The notes under the pieces are model-generated. The model was not told the DNA's origin. It made no database searches and worked only from the letters and a program-made list of their open reading frames with translations. Below, one piece after another: positions 1-7,491 of a DNA stretch of 64,000 bases. Origin of the DNA: Myxococcota bacterium (GTDB taxonomy: Bacteria; Myxococcota_A; UBA796; UBA2385); contig JBIJDH010000019.1 in NCBI GenBank assembly GCA_044344255.1, positions 64,001-128,000 of the forward strand, read 5' to 3'. How positions within the stretch are numbered: position 1 is the first letter of the stretch; every line of letters starts with the position of its first letter. A program made the position numbers and the translations under genes.

Positions 1-568
1 GGTCGTAAGTCCAGGTGGTGGTCCGGCGACCGGCGGCGTCCTCCACCGCCTGCTCCACCCGGCGGCCGGCCCCGTCGTAGCGGTTGACCTCCCGGCGCTC
101 CAGCGCCTCGTCGCGGGTGACGAGCTGCTCGGCCAGCGCACCCTGGGCGCTGTAGGCGCGGGTCTCCAGGATGACGTGCCCATCGACCACCGCGCGCTGC
201 TCGACGAGGCGGCCCTTGGCGTCGTACCGGAATGTGGTCTCCTCGATCAGCCGCCCTTGGGAGAGGGTCAGGCGACGCACGAGGTGCCCGGCGGGGTCCC
301 AGGTCTCGCGGAGCTCGGCGGCCACCGGCGTCACCACCGCGGGGGCCGCCACAACCGCCACAGCCGCCACGGGAGACACCGGCGCCGCCGGAGGCGCTGA
401 CCAAGGCCCGCTCGGGGGCGAGGGAGTGGCCGGCGGGAGCGGCGCCGGGGTCGAGGCCGGCGCAGGCGAGGCGCGGAGGCCCCAGGGATCGCCCTCGTCG
501 GCGCGGGCCGCCGATGCGCCGAGGAGGAGCAGCACCGCCGCGCGAATCGGAGAGGGGCGGAGGGTCAT
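1..568 (-). CDS. Secreted YD/RHS-repeat protein (N-terminal part, runs off window edge)
   Basis: Hand translation: MTLRPSPIRAAVLLLLGASAARA signal peptide, Pro/Ala linker, then TWDPAGHLV..FRYDAKGRLVEQ..RYDGAGRRVEQ..WTYD repeats; ATG overlaps the upstream stop (ATGA). Confidence 0.7.
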   Translation of the reverse strand, partial: MTLRPSPIRAAVLLLLGASAARADEGDPWGLRASPAPASTPAPLPPATPSPPSGPWSAPPAAPVSPVAAVAVVAAPAVVTPVAAELRETWDPAGHLVRRLTLSQGRLIEETTFRYDAKGRLVEQRAVVDGHVILETRAYSAQGALAEQLVTRDEALERREVNRYDGAGRRVEQAVEDAAGRRTTTWTYD

Positions 569-2226
569 GGCAGGGCTCCAGCGGGGGGCATCGTCGCGGC
601 TCGCCAGGCGGCGAGGCGTTCAGGGTCATCATTATGGGCGAAGTAGAAGCCTTCGAGGTGGGCCCAAAGCTGGGCCCGCTCCGCCGCGCTCCGGTTCGGG
701 AGGGTGGGCAGGGTCTGGTCCATCCAGGCCGGCAGGTCCTCCACGACGGCGCCTCGACCGCGCAAGACCTCGACCAGGGGCTGATGATAGCGGACCAACG
801 TGGCCGTCACACCCTCCCCGAAGTCCACGCGGCTGCCAGGCGGGTGGGGCATCTCCATGCGGAAGTCGAAGGCGAGGTCGATGCCCCGCTCGCGGAGGTA
901 GGCCGGGCCCGCCTTCCGACCGTGGCCGGTGCGCGCACCGTCGGGCGTAGGGAGGCGGGCCACGAGGGCGTCGGTGAGCCCGACGTGGGGCTCGAGCGCG
1001 TAGGGGACCCGCGAATAGTAAGCGAGCATCGCCTGGGTCCCGAAGTATACCGCCTTGACCGGGGTGCCCTCCAACATCGGCGCGAGGACGCCCCCTTGCC
1101 GCCGCGCCTCCTCCACCTGCGCCGCCGGATACCAGGAGCGCTCCTCCACGATCCCGTCCACACCTCGATCATCGAGGAGCCGCCGATCAAATGGCGCGAA
1201 GGCGAGCGCGGCGAGGAGCAGGGCGCCGAGCCCGAGCCGCAGCCGGGCGCTGGACAGGAGCGCGAGGCCCTCCTCGACCGCGAGCAGGAGCGCTGGCGCC
1301 ACCGGCAGCAGGAAGCGGGCGAACATGAAGTCGCCGCCGACCCGCGCCACATAGAGCACCCAGCCGAAGGAGACGAGGCCGTAGCCGAGCACCCCCCAGC
1401 CCACACGGGGCAAGAACATCCGGCGCGTCACCAGCGGCACGGCGAAGAAGCCCAGGAGGAGGGGGGCATACATTCGAGTGAAGCCCCAGAGGTACAGCGC
1501 GCCCTGCCCCCAACGCGCGCCCTCCCCGGCCTTGGCCGTGAAGGTGTTGGGGATCACGGTCCCATAAAAATATACCTTCCAGGCCAACCATGGCGTGAGC
1601 AGCATCACCGGCGCCACCAGCACCCCGCGCAGCCCCGGCGCGCCGCCGCCCAGCCAGGCGAAGAAGACCGCGCCGCCGAGCACGAGGGCGCCGTCGGGGC
1701 GACACAGGGTGCACAGCGCCCCGAGGAGGCCCACCCGGAGCCACTCATCGAGGGCCCGCACCTCCGCCACCGCCGTGAGGGTGGCGGTCACGAGGAGGAT
1801 GAACAGGCTCGTCTCGAGGCCGCCGGTCGCGAAGATGCGCGCATGCAGCATCGCCCCGAAGCCCAGCGCGGCGAAGCCCCCGAGGCCCGCCGGCAGCCTG
1901 GCCCGCGCGGCGATGCGGTCACCGGTGCGGGCGAGGAGGGCCAGCGTCAGGGCGTAAGCGAGGAGCCCGAGCGCCACGCTCGACCGCTCCGGCCCGACCC
2001 CCAAGGCCATGCCGAGGGCGAGCAGGAGGGTCCACAAGAAGTTCGTGTAGCCCTCTACCCGCTCCCCCGAATTGAAGACCAGCCCGTCGCCCTGGACGAG
2101 GTGCTCGGCATACCGAAAGCTGATGAAGGCGTCATCGGACAGCCAGCGACAGCGGAGCGCCGCGTGGGCGACCGCCGCTGCCAACAGGGCGAGGCGCAGC
2201 AGGCGGACGAGGCCGCCGGAGATCAT
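565..2226 (-). CDS. GT-C-fold polytopic membrane glycosyltransferase, AftB/arabinofuranosyltransferase-like
   Basis: DDAFISFRYAEHL..G.GLVFN.GERVEGYTNFLW motif, LET and RPDG motifs, many TM helices; alternative GTG start at 2238. Confidence 0.7.
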   Translation of the reverse strand: MISGGLVRLLRLALLAAAVAHAALRCRWLSDDAFISFRYAEHLVQGDGLVFNSGERVEGYTNFLWTLLLALGMALGVGPERSSVALGLLAYALTLALLARTGDRIAARARLPAGLGGFAALGFGAMLHARIFATGGLETSLFILLVTATLTAVAEVRALDEWLRVGLLGALCTLCRPDGALVLGGAVFFAWLGGGAPGLRGVLVAPVMLLTPWLAWKVYFYGTVIPNTFTAKAGEGARWGQGALYLWGFTRMYAPLLLGFFAVPLVTRRMFLPRVGWGVLGYGLVSFGWVLYVARVGGDFMFARFLLPVAPALLLAVEEGLALLSSARLRLGLGALLLAALAFAPFDRRLLDDRGVDGIVEERSWYPAAQVEEARRQGGVLAPMLEGTPVKAVYFGTQAMLAYYSRVPYALEPHVGLTDALVARLPTPDGARTGHGRKAGPAYLRERGIDLAFDFRMEMPHPPGSRVDFGEGVTATLVRYHQPLVEVLRGRGAVVEDLPAWMDQTLPTLPNRSAAERAQLWAHLEGFYFAHNDDPERLAAWRAATMPPAGALP

Positions 2227-2247
2227 TCGGGACCGCACGGCGACCTG

Positions 2248-2679
2248 TCAGGGCGTAGTGACCTTCTTCTTTCGGACAAAGCGGGCCTTGACCTCGGACG
2301 TGCACTGCTCACGGGCGCAGGCCATCTTGCCGACGTCGACGTCCTCGGCCTTCGCATAGCCGCGCTTCTTGAGCTCGGCGTCGATGGTCTCGTTGACGGT
2401 CTGGCGGAGGTCGCTGCGGTGCTTGATCGGCACGCTCACCGTCAGCGTCACCCGGATCGACTCCCACTCCTCCTTCGGGGGGGGCGGCGGGGTCTCCGGC
2501 GGGGGCGGCGGGGGCTCGTCGGTCGCCGGCGGCGGGGGCGGCGGGGGCTCGGAGCCGTCCTCACCCTGCCCCTCACCCATGCCGGCGCAGGCGAGCAGGG
2601 CGCCGACCATCAAGACAAGGACGAAGGGCAGGCGCAGCGAGGCGCGTCGGGCAGGGGTCAGAGAGCTCAAGGTCTTCAC
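2248..2679 (-). CDS. Proline-rich putative lipoprotein, hypothetical
   Basis: Hydrophobic stretch ending LLAC, poly-Pro linker, small C-terminal domain; GTG start inferred. Confidence 0.6.
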   Translation of the reverse strand: MKTLSSLTPARRASLRLPFVLVLMVGALLACAGMGEGQGEDGSEPPPPPPPATDEPPPPPPETPPPPPKEEWESIRVTLTVSVPIKHRSDLRQTVNETIDAELKKRGYAKAEDVDVGKMACAREQCTSEVKARFVRKKKVTTP

Positions 2680-2963
2680 CCGGGGATCAGTCGAGGGGGG
2701 GCCACGATGTGGACGAGCCGCCGTGAGCGGACCGCGCGGCCCACGAGGCGCCAGGAGCCTATCATGCCGGCCAAATCCCGACGGTAAGCCGGCGCGTCGG
2801 GCGGATGGCTGGCCCGGGCCCCCCCGCGGGATTACGTGGAGACCCCTCAGACGGAGCGACGCGGGGAAGACCGCGTCCTCAACACCCCCGTCCGCCGCCC
2901 TTTCGCGGCGGGCCCGGGCCCCACGCCGAGGCGGGGGCCCCGCCATCCGACAAGAAGGACAAG

Positions 2964-5267
2964 ATGAAGGAACAGACCCTGGAAAGCCCGAACGAAGAGA
3001 CGGTCGTGACCTCGAGCCCCGCCCCCGCGGAGGCCGCCCCCGCAGAGGTCGCACCCGCAGAGGCCGCGCCCGCAGAGGCCCCGACCGAGCCGACGGCCGA
3101 CGCCGCGGCCGAGCCGACGCCGGACGCCGAGCCCGTCGGCCGGGTGGTCCTCACCGACTACCACTCGAACCGGGCCTTCACCGAGTTCCCGCTCTCCCCC
3201 GAGGTGCTCCAAGCCATCCTCGACAAGGGCTACACCCACGCGACCGCCGTGCAGGCCGCTGCCATCGAGCCCGCCCTCGCCGGGAAGGACCTCGTCGTCC
3301 GCTCGAAGACCGGCACCGGCAAGACCGCCGCCTTCAGCATCCCCGTCGTCGAGCGGATCCCCGCGGGCGACCGCAAGACCCGCGCCATCATCCTCGCCCC
3401 CACCCGCGAGCTGGCCCGCCAGACCGGTGAGGAGTGTGAGGCGCTGTCCAAGCACAAGGACATCCGGGTCGCCGTGATCTACGGCGGCGTGGGCTTCGGC
3501 CCCCAGGAGGACGCGCTCAAGGCCGGCGCCGAGATCGTGGTCGGCACCCCCGGCCGCATCCTCGACCACCTCCGCCGCGGCAACCTCAAGCTCGGCGAGG
3601 CCACCTTCGCCGTCCTCGACGAGGCCGACGAGATGCTCTCGATGGGCTTCTACGAGGACGTCACCAAGATCCTCGACCAGACGCCCGAGAGCCGCCAGTG
3701 CCTGTTCTTCAGCGCCACCGTCGATGACCGCGTCCGCTCGCTCATCCGCCGCTACGCCAAGGACCCCGAGGACATCCGCCTCTCCACCGACACCGACAAG
3801 GTCGATGGCATCGCGCACATCCTCTACGAGACCACGCCCGACTACCACAAGGCGCGGGCGCTCCTGGCCATCATCGATCAGGAGGCCCCGAAGAGCGCGA
3901 TCATCTTCTGCAACACCCGCGAAGACACCGCCACCGTCGCCACCTTCCTCAGCCGCCAGGGCCTCGACGCCGAGCTGCTGAGCGGAGAGCTCCCGCAGAA
4001 CAAGCGCGAGCAGGTGATGGCCAACGTGAAGAAGGGGGCCACGCAGTACCTCGTGGCCACCGACGTCGCGGCCCGCGGCATCGACATCTCCGACCTCAGC
4101 CACGTCATCAACTACTCGCTCCCCGAAGACCCCGCGACCTACCTGCACCGCACCGGCCGCACCGGCCGCATCGGCAAGACAGGCATCGCGATCTCGCTCA
4201 CCGGCGGCGCGGAGATCCACACCCGCAACTCGCTCGAGCGGCAGTTCCAGATCGCCTTCCAGGTCAAGCCCCTGCCCACCGCCGACGAAGCCGGCCGCGC
4301 CGCGGTCGACCGCCAGGCTCGGGCCATCGTGGCCGCGATGGGGACGATGGCCTTCGAGGGCTACATGCCCACCGTGCGCGCCCTCAAGGAGCGCCCCGAC
4401 GGCGACATGCTGCTGGCCGCCGCGCTGCGCGCCTTCTTCCTCTGGGACCGCACCCGCAAGGCCGCCATCGACGGCTCGCCGGACAGCGTCGGCGCCCTGC
4501 AGGAGGCCCGCGACGAGAAGCGCCGCGAGCGCTCGGAGGGAGATCGCGACCGCGGCCCCCGCGACCGCGACCGCGGCCCCCGCGACGACCGCCCCCGCGA
4601 CCGTGACCGTGACCGCGGCCCCCGCGACGACCGGCCCCGTGACGACCGACCCCGCGATGACCGGCCCCGCGACGACCGGCCCCGCGACGACCGACCCCGC
4701 GATGACCGGCCCCGCGACGACCGGCCCCGCGACGACCGACCCCGCGATGACCGACCCCGCGACGACCGGCCCCGCGACGACCGACCCCGCGACCGCGACC
4801 GGCCCCGCCGCGAGCGCAGCGATCGCCCCGCCGAGGCCCGCTCCGCCGAGCCCCGCGCCCTCGAGGCCGCCCCCGTCGTCGAAGGCGAGGTCACCGCCCC
4901 CCCCGAGGCCGTGCAGGTCGAGGTCGCGGCCGTCGAGACCCCGGCGAGCGAGCGCCCCCCCGAGCGCGAGCGGCGCCCCCGCCGCGAGCGCCCGCCCCGC
5001 CGCGAGCGCGCCCCCGAGGCCGCCCCCGCCGAGGGCAGCGGGGATGAACCCACCCCCGCCGCCGCCATCGCCGAGGGTGAGCCCAGCGAAGAGACGGAGG
5101 GCGCCACCGAAGAGGGCGGCGACCCGAAGAAGCGCCGTCGGCGCCGGCGGCGGACCCCCCGCGCCGGCGAAGAGGGCAGCGGCGAGTCCTCTGGCGGCGA
5201 GTCCTCCGGCGGCGAGTCCTCCGGCGGCGAACCCTCCGGCGGTGAGCCGAGCTCGAGCGCCGAGTAG
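2964..5267 (+). CDS. deaD: DEAD-box RNA helicase with long low-complexity charged C-terminal tail
   Basis: SKTGTGKT, PTRELA, VGTPGR, LDEAD, SAT, TDVAARGID, HRTGRTGR; ATG at 2964 after AAGGA. Confidence 0.9.
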   Translation: MKEQTLESPNEETVVTSSPAPAEAAPAEVAPAEAAPAEAPTEPTADAAAEPTPDAEPVGRVVLTDYHSNRAFTEFPLSPEVLQAILDKGYTHATAVQAAAIEPALAGKDLVVRSKTGTGKTAAFSIPVVERIPAGDRKTRAIILAPTRELARQTGEECEALSKHKDIRVAVIYGGVGFGPQEDALKAGAEIVVGTPGRILDHLRRGNLKLGEATFAVLDEADEMLSMGFYEDVTKILDQTPESRQCLFFSATVDDRVRSLIRRYAKDPEDIRLSTDTDKVDGIAHILYETTPDYHKARALLAIIDQEAPKSAIIFCNTREDTATVATFLSRQGLDAELLSGELPQNKREQVMANVKKGATQYLVATDVAARGIDISDLSHVINYSLPEDPATYLHRTGRTGRIGKTGIAISLTGGAEIHTRNSLERQFQIAFQVKPLPTADEAGRAAVDRQARAIVAAMGTMAFEGYMPTVRALKERPDGDMLLAAALRAFFLWDRTRKAAIDGSPDSVGALQEARDEKRRERSEGDRDRGPRDRDRGPRDDRPRDRDRDRGPRDDRPRDDRPRDDRPRDDRPRDDRPRDDRPRDDRPRDDRPRDDRPRDDRPRDDRPRDRDRPRRERSDRPAEARSAEPRALEAAPVVEGEVTAPPEAVQVEVAAVETPASERPPERERRPRRERPPRRERAPEAAPAEGSGDEPTPAAAIAEGEPSEETEGATEEGGDPKKRRRRRRRTPRAGEEGSGESSGGESSGGESSGGEPSGGEPSSSAE
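4620..4784 (+). repeat. 15-bp coding tandem repeat, 11 units (PRDDR)n
   Basis: CCCCGYGAYGACCGR repeated, with a 45-bp higher-order pattern of synonymous variants. Confidence 0.95.
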
Positions 5268-5306
5268 CGCCTGGACATCGGGGGGCCCGGGCCCTCCGAT
5301 GCCCCG

Positions 5307-6296
5307 TCAGACGGCCGTCATCACCGCGACCGCGAGCACGGTGGCGGTCGTCCGAGCGGGGCCGTCGAGGCGGAGCAGCGTATGTGCCTCCACCGCCTCC
5401 CCGGCCACGACGCAGTCCTGCAGCACAAAGACGAGGCCACCGGGCACGAGGCCCGGGCCCACGCGGGACACCGCTACCCGCGTGCTCGCCCGATCGGCCA
5501 TCACGTTGAGGTCGAGGTTGGGGCCGCCGAGCAGTCGGCAGGACCAGCCGTCCTCCCCCGGGAAGCAGAAGGGCAGACCGGCCTCGGTGAGCCGCAGCGA
5601 GAGCCCGTCCGCGCGCTCGAGGGCCATGCCGTCGCCCCGGAGCAGGCAGAGCACGCGGTCCACCCCCGGGAAGCGGGAGAAGGGGCCGTCCGCGCTCACC
5701 TCGGCCATCGAGACCCGCAGCGCGAAGCCCTGCGCGCCCTCCCCCTCACGGTGGAGCTCGTGGGTCACCCCCTGGCCATTCTTCCAGGGCATACGCCTGG
5801 CGTCGACCGCTCGAACGCGGCCGGTGATCTGCCCCCCGCCCAGGCCGCTGTGGTCCGTGACCACGCCCGGCGCGCCGCCCTGGAGCCCGTCCCGCTCCAA
5901 GGGCGTGAGGGGCTGGGGTCGGCCGCTGGCGCCGTCCACCCGCACATAGGTGGTCTTCACCACCGCGAGCGCGGCGCGATCCCGGGCCCGCGTGAAGCGG
6001 GACTCCACCTGGAAGGACGAACGCCCCACCTCGGTGACCGTGGGCGCCACCCACACCCCGTCGTCGAAGCGGGCGGGCACCAGCCAGTCGGTCTGCTGCA
6101 CCCGCAGCCGGTACTCGAATGCGCCCTCCCCCGAGGCGAGCCAGCCCGGTGAGATGGCCCGGAGGAGCTCGGTCGTGGCGAGGTCGGTCCAGTCGCCGTA
6201 GCGGGCGTTGAAGACGATGCCCTGCGCGTCACACTCGGGGTAGCGCGCGCGGAGCTGGTAGCGGAAGGGGCCGGGCGGCGGGGCGGGGGGCAGCAT
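5307..6296 (-). CDS. Fusion of acyl-CoA thioesterase (YbgC/4HBT hotdog) and HutD/Ves-family domain
   Basis: N-half RARYPECDAQGIVFNARY; C-half RMPWKNGQGVTHEL..RVSMAEVSADGPFSRFPGVDR..DLNVM. Confidence 0.8.
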   Translation of the reverse strand: MLPPAPPPGPFRYQLRARYPECDAQGIVFNARYGDWTDLATTELLRAISPGWLASGEGAFEYRLRVQQTDWLVPARFDDGVWVAPTVTEVGRSSFQVESRFTRARDRAALAVVKTTYVRVDGASGRPQPLTPLERDGLQGGAPGVVTDHSGLGGGQITGRVRAVDARRMPWKNGQGVTHELHREGEGAQGFALRVSMAEVSADGPFSRFPGVDRVLCLLRGDGMALERADGLSLRLTEAGLPFCFPGEDGWSCRLLGGPNLDLNVMADRASTRVAVSRVGPGLVPGGLVFVLQDCVVAGEAVEAHTLLRLDGPARTTATVLAVAVMTAV

Positions 6297-6414
6297 CCGA
6301 CGCGCCTATCGTGGGGCGCCCGTTGGGGATGAGCTCCTCCTCCAGGAGGTCGTTCACCAGCGCCTCGAACACCTCGGCCGTCAGGTTGTTCTGCTCGCGC
6401 GCCAAGTCTCCCCC

Positions 6415-7488
6415 TCAGCGCCCCTTCTTCGAACCCGCGCCCCGCTTCGGCGCCGCCTTCGGGGCGTATCGTTTGAGCCGCCCGAGGAGGAGGTCCTCGC
6501 GGGAGACGACGCCGGTGTCGAGCACGAGGGACGTATAGACGCCGCCGGGGGTGACGTCGAAGGCCGGGTTGAACACCGGCGTGCCGGCGGGCGCCACGCG
6601 GCGCGCCTCGCCGCCTGCGCCGATGAAGCCGCGCACCTCGTCGGGGTCGCGCTGCTCGATGGGGATGGCCGCCTCGTCGGGCGTGGACAGATCGACCGTC
6701 GACCAGGGGGCGACGAAGTGGAAGTCAATCCCGTGCAGCGTGGCCTGCATCGCGAGGCCGTAGGTGCCCACCTTGTTGGCGGCGTCCCCGTTGGCGGCGA
6801 TGCGGTCTGCCCCCACGAGCACGCGCTGCACGCGCTCGGCGCGCATCAGCAGGGGGGCCATGCTGTCGGTGATCAGCGTGTGGGGGACGCCGAGGCGACC
6901 GAGCTCCCAGCAGGTGAGCCGCGCGCCCTGGAGGAGGGGCCGCGTCTCGTCCACCCAGACGTGGATGTCTCTCCCCGCCTCGTGCGCCCGCCGAATGACC
7001 CCGAGGGCCGTGCCGATGCCCGGCGTGGCGAGGCCGCCCGTGTTGCAGTGGGTGAGGATGCCGTCGCCCGGCTCGATGAGGGAGAGGCCATGCTCGGCCA
7101 TCTGGTCGCAGCGGCGCAGCTCCTCGTCGAAGAGGTCGATGGCCTCGGCCTCGATCGCCAGCGCCCCGCGGTCGAGGAGGGGCAGCAGCCGGTCGACGGC
7201 CGCCATCAGGTTCACGGCCGTGGGGCGGGCGGCGCGCAGGCCGGCGGCGGCGAAGCGCAGCGTCTCCGGGGCGTCTCCCGCGCGCGCCCGGCGGGCGAGG
7301 CAGAGGGCCGCGGCCACACCGAGCAGGGGCGCCCCGCGCACGCGGAGGGCGCGGATGTGGTCGACCATGTCGGCGACAGAGTCGGCCGGGAGCCAACGCT
7401 CGACGTCAGGGAGGGCCTGCTGGTCGAGGAGCTCGAGCCGGCCTTCATCGTAGCGCAGAGACAGGGAGGCCCGCTTCCACTCGTTCAT
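6415..7488 (-). CDS. mtnA: Methylthioribose-1-phosphate isomerase
   Basis: LLDQ..LP, VRGAP, RPTAVNL, ILTHCNTGGLAT, DETRPLLQGARLT, GADRIAANGD.ANKVGTY, NPAFDVTP. Confidence 0.95.
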   Translation of the reverse strand: MNEWKRASLSLRYDEGRLELLDQQALPDVERWLPADSVADMVDHIRALRVRGAPLLGVAAALCLARRARAGDAPETLRFAAAGLRAARPTAVNLMAAVDRLLPLLDRGALAIEAEAIDLFDEELRRCDQMAEHGLSLIEPGDGILTHCNTGGLATPGIGTALGVIRRAHEAGRDIHVWVDETRPLLQGARLTCWELGRLGVPHTLITDSMAPLLMRAERVQRVLVGADRIAANGDAANKVGTYGLAMQATLHGIDFHFVAPWSTVDLSTPDEAAIPIEQRDPDEVRGFIGAGGEARRVAPAGTPVFNPAFDVTPGGVYTSLVLDTGVVSREDLLLGRLKRYAPKAAPKRGAGSKKGR

Positions 7489-7491
7489 GCT

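Noticed and set aside
55..85. Apparent frameshift in the YD-repeat gene
   Set aside because: Careful re-reading gives a continuous frame (YDGAGRRVEQ)
232..2787. 851-aa plus-strand ORF
   Set aside because: Antisense shadow of the real minus-strand genes; high GC suppresses stop codons; no recognisable motifs
4620..4784. Possible CRISPR or non-coding repeat
   Set aside because: In-frame coding repeat varying only at synonymous positions
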